A stretch of DNA of 64,000 bases from an uncultured Poribacteria bacterium (lineage in GTDB: Bacteria; Poribacteria; WGA-4E; WGA-3G), in NCBI GenBank assembly GCA_951813565.1, contig OX638351.1, forward strand, positions 896,001 through 960,000, read 5' to 3'. Below, in pieces: positions 30,350 through 40,439 of this stretch. The notes beneath the pieces were generated by a model. It was not told where the DNA came from. It made no database searches and worked only from the letters and a program-made list of their open reading frames with translations. The translations under genes were made by a program, and so were the position numbers. The number at the start of each line of letters is the position of its first letter. Positions within the stretch are counted from its first letter, which is position 1.

Positions 30350-30375
30350 GGGCGGTGTTAAATACCGCCCTTTCC
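30350..30375 (+). terminator. Hairpin / putative intrinsic terminator
   Basis: GGGCGGTGT-TAA-ATACCGCCC followed by TTT. Confidence 0.55.
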
Positions 30376-30424
30376 TATCTCTATCCTCCTTTACCTCCAA
30401 AAATTTCTCTTTTTTGCAGAATTA

Positions 30425-30452
30425 TGCAACCGTTTTCCTCCTAACTTGCGTC
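30425..30452 (+). promoter_or_regulatory. ECF-type promoter, gene 1
   Basis: TGCAAC-N18-CGTC, conserved before all four sigma genes. Confidence 0.7.
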
Positions 30453-30504
30453 ATTATAGTTTGATATATGATTTAATCAAACTATCGCTTTCTAGAGACA
30501 CTTA

Positions 30505-33486
30505 ATGAAAAATGACGATGTTGCACTTATCAGACGAATTCTTGCTGGTAATGAAACCGCTTTCGCTGAACTTGTGAAAAAGTATCAAAAACAGGTTCAC
30601 GTTCTGGCGTGGCGAAAAATCGGAGATTTCCATATCGCTGAGGACATTACCCAGGATGTCTTTCTGAAAGTGTATCAGCAACTTCATGCCCTGAAAAATC
30701 CGAAACAGTTTTCCGGATGGCTCTATGTGATAACGACACGTCTCTGTGCAACGTGCCTACGCAAAAATCGGATTCAGACGCAACCGTTGGAGGACACAGA
30801 GATAACAATGATACAGAGTGATGCCTATTCACAACATGTCGTAGAGGAGCGGGCAAACACTGCAGTTGAAACACAACGTGAAGTGGTCAAGAGACTACTC
30901 GCTAAGTTGAAAGAGAGCGAACGCACGGTGATGGCGCTCCACTATCTCGGTGAGATGACAGTTGAAGAGATCAGCAAGTTTTTAGGGGTTTCTGCAGGAA
31001 CGATTAAGAGTCGGCTACAACGTGCGCGAAACCGTTTACAAAAGGAGGAAACGATGATTAGAGAAGCACTCGACCATTTCCAAATTTCACCGAACCTGAC
31101 CGATAACATTATGCGAGAAGTTGCTCGACTTAAACCTATCGCACCTTCTGGTGGTAAGCCACTGGTGCCGTGGGTGATAGGTGCCGCAAGCGCAGTTTTG
31201 ATTGTATTAATGCTTGGCATAGGCAGTCAATACTTAACACATTTTCAGAAACCCTATAGTTTAGATGCGCAAGCTGAAACGGCGGTTGAACTCGTTGATG
31301 CGCCTATTGTGCTAAATCTTGAGGCGACGCCAGATGTTCGTCGTCAGTTTGGGAATATAAATGCACTTGGTCCAAGCGATAACAATGGACAGAAACCTGA
31401 TGAAATATTATTAGCCGCCGCGCAGTCTGAGGGAGAAGATATTGCTGCCGCCAAACAGCAGTGGATTCAGTCTGAACCTGTCAAAGGAAGTGCGGTGAAA
31501 AGTTTACTTGCGACGCCCGAGGGGGAGCTCTACGTTCTTGATCCTGATCTAAGAATCTACAAATTGCCTGTCAATGGAAAGAGGTGGCAACATATCTTTA
31601 ACGCGGGTTCATTGAAAACCTTGTGGGCAACGTCCCCACGCATCGCAAAGTGGAAAAATACCCTCTACATTATATCATTAAACGAACTCTTTGCTTCAAA
31701 TGATGATGGTAAGACATGGGATTTGGTATATTCTTGGTCTAAAGTAGGACATGCCCAGATTGCCCCAATTGAATTGATACTTACAGAACATGCGTTTTAT
31801 GCCGCTTTTGAAAGCGGCATTTTTCGTTCTGAGGATAAAGGTAAAACCTGGAAAGCACTGAGTAAAGGTTTGAGGGGAAGAATTAGTGCTTTAGTCAAGA
31901 TTCAGCATGTCCTTTTTACTGCAACAGACACTGGACTCTACCGACTCGATCCTGATCTTGAGATTTGGGAACACTTAAAGTTACCAATTTCTTTAATTGG
32001 GCGGTTAATCTCAGTTACAGCGACTGAAGAAAAGCTTTATGTTGCGGTAGAGTTGATGCCGAACGAGGTAGAGCCTCAGGATGATTCGAGGATATTCCGT
32101 TCAGGTGGTTTGGGAATATTTCGCTCAACTGACCTCGGGGACTCGTGGAAAGATATAACCCCTACAAACTCCTGGTCCCTAAAGGGTGGGGCACCCACTC
32201 TCAAACTTGTTGCTGCTGGTGAAATACTCTTGGCGATGGAACATGGTATGTTACGCTCCATAGATGGTGGAAACACATGGGCACCCTTGCAATTACCAGG
32301 AACCTCTCCTTATATGGCATCTCATTATAATGCTGTGGTGAACAAAAACACCATTTATGTTGGCAGCAGTGACGGCCTCCATTGTTCCACTAATGGTGGT
32401 AAATCCTGGGATATAGTCCGGATCACTCAGGATAAGAGGCGGCGAGGAATGCACAACATAATCGCGTATAAGGGGAACAATAAACGGCAAAACATGCCGC
32501 CGACGCTCTATGTGGGAGTTGGACAAGAGATAGTAAAAACTACCGACAAAGGCAAATCTTGGGAAACTATTAAGAGACCCAACAGAAGAGAATCAGCGTT
32601 TTTTACTCAGATGATCAAATCTGATGAGATTGTCTATACAAAAGTTAAGAATTTTGATAATATGCTTATCAATCGCGTATCTGCAGACGGTAATACGTTA
32701 GCGCCGATTCAAGGAATGCCTATTCTTGATTTAATAACATCGGACGACTTGTTTGACTGTGAGGTGCCAGATGATCAGTTGCCTCAAAAGGTCTCTGGTG
32801 AACAGTTGCAAGAAAGTTTTTCTGGCGCAACTCAGTTCTTCAAACAATTGGATCAAATATTGCCTCAATATCTGGATATATATATCCAATTAGGGTATCA
32901 AGGATCATTTGCAGTCAGTGGTGATACCTTCTATATGGAATATAACTTTAAGCTCTTCCGATGGGAACCGGGTGATACTGAATGGTACGACACCGAACAG
33001 GAGGAAACCGTTGAATTAACTTTAGACATAGCACAGAGACATCTTAAACTTGCTGTTTCGGGGAACACTGTCTACGTCGGAAAACGAGATGGACACCTCG
33101 TTGTATCGTTTGACAAGGGAACTAATTGGATTGATCTTACACCAGCGCTGCCATTTCCATTTAAAACTTTCAAAGATATCGTGTTTGCAGGTTCTACGGT
33201 ATATGTAGCGACAGACGCAGGTGTCGCTGCATCAGATGATGGAAGGCATTGGGGTACCGTCACCGATGCAGAGGGAACGAATCTCGTTATGGAGCAATTG
33301 GCTGTTGATGGCACAACGCTTTATGGTGTTACGCAAAAAACGGGTATCTATCGCTTGGAAAGCGGTACTTGGCAACAGATTGTTTCAGAGACTCCTGATA
33401 AAGCAACTTCTCTCGCTGTTGATGGGGACACGTTATACATTGGTACTCAGAACAACGGCATGCTTCATTTCAACCTTGAAAAATAA
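30505..33486 (+). CDS. ECF sigma factor fused to TM helix and Asp-box beta-propeller (copy 1)
   Basis: Region 2 (DFHIAEDITQDVF...FSGWLY), region 4 (ERTV..LHY...T.EEI..FLGVS.GTIKSRL.RAR), TM LVPWVIGAASAVLIVLMLGIG, about 8 S.D.G.TW Asp-boxes. Confidence 0.9.
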   Translation: MKNDDVALIRRILAGNETAFAELVKKYQKQVHVLAWRKIGDFHIAEDITQDVFLKVYQQLHALKNPKQFSGWLYVITTRLCATCLRKNRIQTQPLEDTEITMIQSDAYSQHVVEERANTAVETQREVVKRLLAKLKESERTVMALHYLGEMTVEEISKFLGVSAGTIKSRLQRARNRLQKEETMIREALDHFQISPNLTDNIMREVARLKPIAPSGGKPLVPWVIGAASAVLIVLMLGIGSQYLTHFQKPYSLDAQAETAVELVDAPIVLNLEATPDVRRQFGNINALGPSDNNGQKPDEILLAAAQSEGEDIAAAKQQWIQSEPVKGSAVKSLLATPEGELYVLDPDLRIYKLPVNGKRWQHIFNAGSLKTLWATSPRIAKWKNTLYIISLNELFASNDDGKTWDLVYSWSKVGHAQIAPIELILTEHAFYAAFESGIFRSEDKGKTWKALSKGLRGRISALVKIQHVLFTATDTGLYRLDPDLEIWEHLKLPISLIGRLISVTATEEKLYVAVELMPNEVEPQDDSRIFRSGGLGIFRSTDLGDSWKDITPTNSWSLKGGAPTLKLVAAGEILLAMEHGMLRSIDGGNTWAPLQLPGTSPYMASHYNAVVNKNTIYVGSSDGLHCSTNGGKSWDIVRITQDKRRRGMHNIIAYKGNNKRQNMPPTLYVGVGQEIVKTTDKGKSWETIKRPNRRESAFFTQMIKSDEIVYTKVKNFDNMLINRVSADGNTLAPIQGMPILDLITSDDLFDCEVPDDQLPQKVSGEQLQESFSGATQFFKQLDQILPQYLDIYIQLGYQGSFAVSGDTFYMEYNFKLFRWEPGDTEWYDTEQEETVELTLDIAQRHLKLAVSGNTVYVGKRDGHLVVSFDKGTNWIDLTPALPFPFKTFKDIVFAGSTVYVATDAGVAASDDGRHWGTVTDAEGTNLVMEQLAVDGTTLYGVTQKTGIYRLESGTWQQIVSETPDKATSLAVDGDTLYIGTQNNGMLHFNLEK

Positions 33487-33672
33487 TGTAGTAAAACATA
33501 TAATCACTGCAAACCCTACCTGTAGGCATGCTTTGTAAGCGCGCCGTTAGGCAATCTTTAGCACTGATATAGGCGCGTTTACAAAACGCGCCTACCAATA
33601 AATCGGGCGGACAAAATCCTCCTACAAGAGTGCTTCGCGACAATTGAATACCTCTGCCTATCAACCCACATC

Positions 33673-33700
33673 TTGACAAACCCTCCCGATTTGGTAGAAT
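33673..33700 (+). promoter_or_regulatory. Sigma70-type promoter upstream of ECF gene 2
   Basis: TTGACA-N16-TAGAAT with TG extended -10; copies at 36954-36981 and 40246-40273. Confidence 0.65.
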
Positions 33701-33747
33701 AGTATTTCACTGTTTCTAACCATCCAATTTGTAAACATGCAGAATTA

Positions 33748-33775
33748 TGCACCAGTTTCCCTCCTAACATGCGTC
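33748..33775 (+). promoter_or_regulatory. ECF-type promoter, gene 2
   Basis: TGCACC-N18-CGTC. Confidence 0.7.
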
Positions 33776-33801
33776 ACTATAGCGCGATCGGAGGTAATTC
33801 C

Positions 33802-36800
33802 ATGAAAACTACTGATGTTGAGCTCATCAACCGCATTCTCAATGGCGATGATACTGCCTTCACTGAACTTGTGAAAAAGTACCAAAAACCTGTTCACGCG
33901 CTTGTGTGGCGTAAAATTGGAGATTTCCACATCGCCGAGGAAATTACACAGGATACATTCCTAAAAGCATATCAAGGATTAGCGGGACTGAAGAAGCCCC
34001 AAAGTTTTGCAAGTTGGCTTTATGTGATCGCCGCAAACAATTGTAGCACGTGGCTGCGTAAAAAGCGTGTGCGGACGCAGCCGCTGGAAGAGACAAGCAA
34101 CTCACAGTCTGGAAAAGCGACGTACTCGCAATATGTGATTGAAGAAAACGAGCGGACAGCGGTAGAAGCACAGCGTGAAGTCGTTAAGAAGTTGCTTGCG
34201 AAACTTCCAGAGAGTGAACGCACGATTATCACGCTACATTATTTTAGCGAGATGTCCAGTGCAGAGATTGGTGCGTTTTTAGGTGTATCAGCAAATACGA
34301 TTCGGAGTCGCCTCCGCAGAGCACAACAACGTTTACAAAAGGAGGAAACGATGATTAGAGAAGCACTCGACCATTTCCAAATTTCACCGAACCTGACCGA
34401 TAACATTATGCGAGAAGTTGCTCGACTTAAACCTATCGCACCTTCTGGTGGTAAGCCACTGGTGCCATGGGCAATTGCTGCTTCAAGTGCTATTTTGATT
34501 GTGTTAATGCTCGGTATAGGTAGTCGATACTTAGCGCTTTTTCAGAAACCTTATAGTTTGGATGCTCATGCTGAAACGACGGTTGAACTCGTTGATGCGC
34601 CTATTGTGCTAAATCTTGAGGCGAAGCCAGATGTGCGAAATCTTCTTGGGAGTCCAAATGCTCTGAGTAAAAACGATAATCGTGGAGAGAAACCTGATGC
34701 GGTTTTATTGGCTGCCGCGCAGTCTGAGGAAGAGGATATTGCTGTTTCCAAACAGCAGTGGATTCAGGCTGAACCGATTAAAGGCAGCCCACTGATGAGC
34801 ATATTGGGAACACCTGAAGGCGATATATATGTCCTTGGTGATGAATTAAGTTTCTATAAATTACCTGCCAATGGAAAGCAGTGGCAACATATCTCTGACG
34901 TAGGTTCACTGAAAACTTGGTGGACACCGAGGCCTCCTATCGCAAAATGGAAAAATACCCTTTACATGATACCAACTAACAAACTCTTTGCTTCAATAGA
35001 TGATGGTAAGACATGGGATTTACTCTACTCATGGCAGGAAGAAAAATATTGGACTCCGATTGAATTGGTGCTAACAGAGGATGCGTTTTATGCCGCTTTT
35101 GAAAGCGGCATTTTTCGTTCTGAGGATAAAGGTAAAACCTGGAAAGCACTGAGTAAAGGATTGAGGGGAAGAATTAGTGCTTTAGTCGAGATTCAGCATG
35201 TCCTTTTTACTGCAACAGACACTGGACTCTACCGACTCGATCCTGATCTTGAGATTTGGGAACGCTTAAAGTTACCTGCTCCAGAAATCGGTAGGATTTT
35301 TTCTGTAGCAGCGACTGAAGATAAGTTGTATGTTGCAGCAGAGTTTAGTTGGGACGGACAAGTAGATCCTCGTAAAGTAGAACGAGGACTGGAGCGTGGT
35401 TGGTGGATATTCCGCTCAACGGACCTCGGTGATTCGTGGGATGATATAACGCCGACAAACGCTTGGCCCGTAAACGGATGGCCACCCGGAATCGAACTTA
35501 TTGCTGTAGGTGAAACACTTCTGGCGATGGAAGATGGTATGGTACGCTCTATTGATGGAGGAGATAAATGGATGCCGCCGCAGACACCCCGCACTTCCCC
35601 TTCAACGATTAGTGGATTGCCTACTGTCGCTTTAAACGAACGGACTTTTTATGTGCATAGCTGGGACGGTCTCCATCGTTCTACTGACGGAGGGAAATCA
35701 TGGAACAAGGTGAATATCCCTAAGGAGAAGGAAACGAATCCAATAGACAATTTAATCGTCCATCACGGAGGTGATAAAGGGGGAAAAATGCTTTCGACCC
35801 TCTACACGACATCTGGACTTGGACACGGGAAATGGATAAAAAAAATAGTAAAAACTACCGACAAAGGCGAATCTTGGGAAACTATTAAGATGGAAATACC
35901 AATGGGAACGCCTAAAAGAGAAGAACAACCGAGTATTAGTCAGATAGTCAAATCTGGTAGTGTCATTTATGCCAAAGGTGGAATTCCAGGTAACGTAAAT
36001 AATCGTTTCTATCGTGTATCTGATGACAATAGACTTGTCCTGCTTCAAGGAATACCCACCCTTGATTCAAAGTCATTAAGAAATCAAGTGTTATTTAGGA
36101 GTCAACCTATTGAAAATCTTTCTGTTGAATATCTGCAAGAAAACTTTTCTGGCGCAACCCAATTCTTCAAACAGTTAGCACAAGGAGATGCTCAGAATCA
36201 TAGAGATCGCATGAGGTTAAGTGACCTTCTTAAGCATGGGTTTGAGGGGACTTTTGCGGTGAGTGATGATACATTCTATATGGAATATCATTTCAAACTC
36301 TTCCGATGGAAACCGGGTGAGGCAGAATGGTACGACACCGGACAGGAAGAAACCATTGAATTGACTATGGACGTGGCAAGAAAAAATCTCAAACTTGCTG
36401 TTTCAGTGGATACTGTCTACGTTGGAAAACGGGATGGACACCTCGTCGTATCGTTTGATAGAGGAACTAATTGGATTGATCTTACGCCAGCGCTGCCGTT
36501 TCCATTTAAAACTTTCAAAGAGATCGTATTTGCGGATTCTACGGTGTATGTAGCGACAGATGCTGGTGTCACTACATCGGATGATGGGAGAACTTGGCGT
36601 ACCATCACTGATGCAGAGGGGACCAATCTCGTCATGGAACATTTAGCTGCTGATGGTACAAAGGTTTATGGCGTTACTGAAAACACGGGTGCCTATCGCT
36701 TGGAAAGCGGTGCTTGGGAAAGTGTTGTTTCTGAGATGCCTGATAACGTAACTTCTCTTGCTGTAGATGGAAATACGGTATATGTAGGCACAGAATACAA

Positions 36801-36831
36801 CGAAGTGCTTCATTTTAATCTTAAAAAATAA
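33802..36831 (+). CDS. ECF sigma factor-TM-beta-propeller fusion (copy 2)
   Basis: Same architecture; GGAGG before ATG 33802. Confidence 0.9.
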   Translation: MKTTDVELINRILNGDDTAFTELVKKYQKPVHALVWRKIGDFHIAEEITQDTFLKAYQGLAGLKKPQSFASWLYVIAANNCSTWLRKKRVRTQPLEETSNSQSGKATYSQYVIEENERTAVEAQREVVKKLLAKLPESERTIITLHYFSEMSSAEIGAFLGVSANTIRSRLRRAQQRLQKEETMIREALDHFQISPNLTDNIMREVARLKPIAPSGGKPLVPWAIAASSAILIVLMLGIGSRYLALFQKPYSLDAHAETTVELVDAPIVLNLEAKPDVRNLLGSPNALSKNDNRGEKPDAVLLAAAQSEEEDIAVSKQQWIQAEPIKGSPLMSILGTPEGDIYVLGDELSFYKLPANGKQWQHISDVGSLKTWWTPRPPIAKWKNTLYMIPTNKLFASIDDGKTWDLLYSWQEEKYWTPIELVLTEDAFYAAFESGIFRSEDKGKTWKALSKGLRGRISALVEIQHVLFTATDTGLYRLDPDLEIWERLKLPAPEIGRIFSVAATEDKLYVAAEFSWDGQVDPRKVERGLERGWWIFRSTDLGDSWDDITPTNAWPVNGWPPGIELIAVGETLLAMEDGMVRSIDGGDKWMPPQTPRTSPSTISGLPTVALNERTFYVHSWDGLHRSTDGGKSWNKVNIPKEKETNPIDNLIVHHGGDKGGKMLSTLYTTSGLGHGKWIKKIVKTTDKGESWETIKMEIPMGTPKREEQPSISQIVKSGSVIYAKGGIPGNVNNRFYRVSDDNRLVLLQGIPTLDSKSLRNQVLFRSQPIENLSVEYLQENFSGATQFFKQLAQGDAQNHRDRMRLSDLLKHGFEGTFAVSDDTFYMEYHFKLFRWKPGEAEWYDTGQEETIELTMDVARKNLKLAVSVDTVYVGKRDGHLVVSFDRGTNWIDLTPALPFPFKTFKEIVFADSTVYVATDAGVTTSDDGRTWRTITDAEGTNLVMEHLAADGTKVYGVTENTGAYRLESGAWESVVSEMPDNVTSLAVDGNTVYVGTEYNEVLHFNLKK

Positions 36832-37029
36832 TGTTAGTAAAATCTATAATAACTGCAAACCTTACTTGTAGGCGCGCTTTGTAAGCGCGCCGTGCAATAA
36901 TGTGTCATTAATTGTAAAATTCACTATAAATATCCTACCAATCAACCCACATCTTGACAAACCCTCCTGATTTGGTAAAATAGGACTTCATAGTCTCGGA
37001 TCATCCCTCTTAGGATTTTTTTTGCGTTA

Positions 37030-37057
37030 TGCACCCGTTTTGCACCTAACCCGCGTC
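37030..37057 (+). promoter_or_regulatory. ECF-type promoter, gene 3
   Basis: TGCACC-N18-CGTC. Confidence 0.7.
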
Positions 37058-37147
37058 TTTTAAAGTACAGGCACAATGTTAGGGATGTAATCTTTTCACT
37101 AAACGCAGGGAAAACGCTCAAAGTTTTCGCTTATCAGAAGGTGACTT

Positions 37148-40123
37148 ATGAAAAACAACGATATTGATTTGGTCCATCGCACCCTTGATGGTGATGAAAC
37201 TGCTTTTTCTACACTTGTTGAAAAATATCAAAAGCAGGTTCATGCGCTCGCTTGGCGGAAAATAGGTGATTTCCATATTGCTGAAGAAATTACACAAGAC
37301 ACCTTCCTGAAAGCATATCAAAAACTCGCAACTCTGAAAAAACCGCATCGTCTTGCTGGATGGCTTTATGTGATCGCGACACGCTGCTGCCAAGCTTGGC
37401 TACGAAAAAAGCAGATGCAGACCGAATCATTAGAGGAAATAGATAGTGAAAAGATAGAGCCAGAGGCGTATTCCCGATATGTTGCGGAAGAAGAAGCGAA
37501 GGTAACCGTTGAGGCACAACGCAGAATTGTTAAAAAGCTTCTCGCTACATTGCCAGAGAGTGAGCGCACTGTTATCACACTTCACTACTTCGGTGACATG
37601 ACGTGTGAAAAAATGGGCGAGTTTTTAGGTGTATCCGCAAACACGATTAAAAGTCGACTCCGCCGTGCGCGGAACCGCTTGAAAAAGGAGGAACCGATGA
37701 TCCGAGAAGCAATTAGCAACTTCCAAATTTCACCGAACCTAACCGATAACGTTATGCAAGAGGTCAATCGTCTAAAACCTGCAGCGCCTTCTGGCAGCAA
37801 GCCCTTTGTGCCGTGGACAATTGCTGCAGCAAGTGCTATTTTGATTGTGCTGATGCTTGGGGTGGGCAGTCAATACTTAGTCAGTTTTCAAAAACCTTAT
37901 AGTTTGGATGCACAGGATGAGACGACGGTTGAGCTTGTTGATACTCCCGTTGTGCTAAATCTTGAGACGAAGCCAGATGTGCGTCGGGAGATTGGGAGTC
38001 CAAATGCACTTGGTAAAAGTGATAACAACGGTCAGAAGCCTGATGAAGTTTTGTTAGCTGCTGCACAGGCGGAAGGAGAAGACATTTCTGTACCCAAACA
38101 GCAGTGGATTCAGTCTGAACCGCTCATAGGAAGTGCGGTAGAAAATCTATTTGCAACCGATGATGGACAACTCTACACTGTTCTTGATGCGCACATATAC
38201 AAATGGCAAAATGATAATACAGGATGGCAGCAAGTTAGCAATGACATCAGAGATTATCATGATAGGCTGAATGAAACTACTATTATAACTGATGTTCCTA
38301 TAGCAAAGTGGAACAATACCCTTTATATTGTTTTAAAAAACTTACTATTGGCTTCAAAAGATGATGGCAAGACATGGAAAATAGTCCATTCATGGACACC
38401 TGATTATTTTTCCCCGCGTGAATTGTTGTTTACTGAACAAGCGTTTTGGGTAATTTTTTCCAAAGGTGCTTTCCGTTCTGAGGATAAAGGTAAGACATGG
38501 CAGAATGTAGACGATGAATTATTTAAAGGTTACATCTTCTTTATAGCCATACAAAATACGGTATTTGCTGGATCATACACCGGGTTGTATCGCTGGAACA
38601 CCGGCAGCTGGGAACGTATAGAATTACCTGTGCCTGAAGCAATGATAGTCGCCAAAGCCGCAGCCACCAAAGATCGCTTGTATGTAAAGGCATCATTAGG
38701 TTATGATTTTTATGATGATAAAGCAGTACGGGAGGGGCGACAGCGGACTTGGTGGATATTTCGATCAAATGATTTGGGAAATTCGTGGAAAGATATTACA
38801 CCGACAAATGCTTGGCCCCTAAAAGCCCAGTCACCCGATATCCAACTTGTTGCTGCTGGTGAAACAGTTCTGTTGATGGGACGGGGTATTGTGCGTTCTA
38901 CCGATGGAGGAGATACTTGGTTCCCCTTTCAAGCGTCTCATACTCTCCCTACAGATATAAAGCGTTATTGGCCTTCTGTGGCATTAAACGAACATGTATT
39001 TTACGCTATAGGGAGAGGTCTACACCGTACCACCGATGGTGGCAAATCATGGAGCAAGGTTAATATCACTCGGAATAGGAGATGGCTTGGAATACAAAAC
39101 TTACTCGTGCATAAGCAGAACGAAAGAATAGAAAGCATGCAGCCGCCTCTTTATGGGCAAGCTGGGAGTGGGATAGTAAAAACAACTGACAAGGGCAAGA
39201 CTTGGAAGACTGTTCAGGTAGAAATACCTATGACCGCTCCTATAAGAGAAGACCCGCCATGGATTACTCAGATCATTGTATCTGATGGTGTTATCTATGC
39301 TAAAAGTAGAAGTCAATACCCAATCGGAGAATTGCGTTACTTTCGCGTATCTGAAGATGGGAACACATTAGTACCTATTCAAGGCATACCTACCTTCGAC
39401 TCGAGGGAATTAAGAGAGCATCTGCGTAAGTCTCAAAATCTCTCTCTTGAAACGTTGCAAGAAGGTTTTTCTGGAGCGACCCAATTCTTCAAATGGTTGC
39501 TCCAAGTAACTCCACAAGAGCAGGATACACTCATCCAAGTAGGGCTTCAGGGACCGTTTGCGGTTAGTGGTGATACGTTCTATATGGAGTATAACCTTAA
39601 ACTCTTTCGATGGGAATCTGGTGATACAGAATGGCAAGACATCGGACAAGAAGTAACTTCACCTAGCAGAGGGAAAGCGCTCAAACTTGCAGCATCAGGG
39701 AACACTGTTTACGTCGGGAAACGGGACGGTCACCTTGTTGTATCGTATGATAGGGGAAACAATTGGATTGATCTCACCCCAGCTCTGCCATTTCCTGTTA
39801 AAAATTACAATCAGATTCTGGTTGCTGGGTCCACCGTGTATGTAGCAACGGATGCTGGTATCATTACATCAGATGATGGGAGAATTTGGCGTCCTGTCAC
39901 CGATTCAGAGGGGGCCAATCTTATCATGGAACGCTTGGCTGTTGATGGCACAACGCTTTATGGCATCTACAGAGATACAAGTATCTACCGCTTGGAAGAC
40001 GGCGCCTGGGAACAGGTCGTCTCAGAGATACCTGATAACGTAACGTCTCTTGCTGTTGATGGGGACACGTTATACATTGGTACTCAGAACAACGGCATGC
40101 TTTATTTCACCCTTGAAGAATAA
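37148..40123 (+). CDS. ECF sigma factor-TM-beta-propeller fusion (copy 3)
   Basis: Same architecture; AGGTG RBS. Confidence 0.9.
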   Translation: MKNNDIDLVHRTLDGDETAFSTLVEKYQKQVHALAWRKIGDFHIAEEITQDTFLKAYQKLATLKKPHRLAGWLYVIATRCCQAWLRKKQMQTESLEEIDSEKIEPEAYSRYVAEEEAKVTVEAQRRIVKKLLATLPESERTVITLHYFGDMTCEKMGEFLGVSANTIKSRLRRARNRLKKEEPMIREAISNFQISPNLTDNVMQEVNRLKPAAPSGSKPFVPWTIAAASAILIVLMLGVGSQYLVSFQKPYSLDAQDETTVELVDTPVVLNLETKPDVRREIGSPNALGKSDNNGQKPDEVLLAAAQAEGEDISVPKQQWIQSEPLIGSAVENLFATDDGQLYTVLDAHIYKWQNDNTGWQQVSNDIRDYHDRLNETTIITDVPIAKWNNTLYIVLKNLLLASKDDGKTWKIVHSWTPDYFSPRELLFTEQAFWVIFSKGAFRSEDKGKTWQNVDDELFKGYIFFIAIQNTVFAGSYTGLYRWNTGSWERIELPVPEAMIVAKAAATKDRLYVKASLGYDFYDDKAVREGRQRTWWIFRSNDLGNSWKDITPTNAWPLKAQSPDIQLVAAGETVLLMGRGIVRSTDGGDTWFPFQASHTLPTDIKRYWPSVALNEHVFYAIGRGLHRTTDGGKSWSKVNITRNRRWLGIQNLLVHKQNERIESMQPPLYGQAGSGIVKTTDKGKTWKTVQVEIPMTAPIREDPPWITQIIVSDGVIYAKSRSQYPIGELRYFRVSEDGNTLVPIQGIPTFDSRELREHLRKSQNLSLETLQEGFSGATQFFKWLLQVTPQEQDTLIQVGLQGPFAVSGDTFYMEYNLKLFRWESGDTEWQDIGQEVTSPSRGKALKLAASGNTVYVGKRDGHLVVSYDRGNNWIDLTPALPFPVKNYNQILVAGSTVYVATDAGIITSDDGRIWRPVTDSEGANLIMERLAVDGTTLYGIYRDTSIYRLEDGAWEQVVSEIPDNVTSLAVDGDTLYIGTQNNGMLYFTLEE

Positions 40124-40321
40124 TGTTAGTAAAATCTATAATAACTGCAAACCTTACTTGTAGGCGCGCTTTGTAAGCGCGCCGTGCAATAATGTGTCAT
40201 TAATTGTAAAATTCACTATAAATATCCTACCAATCAACCCACATCTTGACAAACCCTCCTGATTTGGTAAAATAGGACTTCATAGTCTCGGATCATCCCT
40301 CTTAGGATTTTTTTTGCGTTA

Positions 40322-40349
40322 TGCACCCGTTTTGCACCTAACCCGCGTC
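40322..40349 (+). promoter_or_regulatory. ECF-type promoter, gene 4
   Basis: TGCACC-N18-CGTC; identical to the gene 3 upstream region. Confidence 0.7.
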
Positions 40350-40439
40350 TTTTAAAGTACAGGCACAATGTTAGGGATGTAATCTTTTCACTAAACGCAG
40401 GGAAAACGCTCAAAGTTTTCGCTTATCAGAAGGTGACTT

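Noticed and set aside
29777..33486. RNA-guided dCas12f/TnpB-sigmaE activation system
   Set aside because: No TnpB/Cas12f ORF is present; adjacency of the IS605 remnant to the sigma array may be coincidental.
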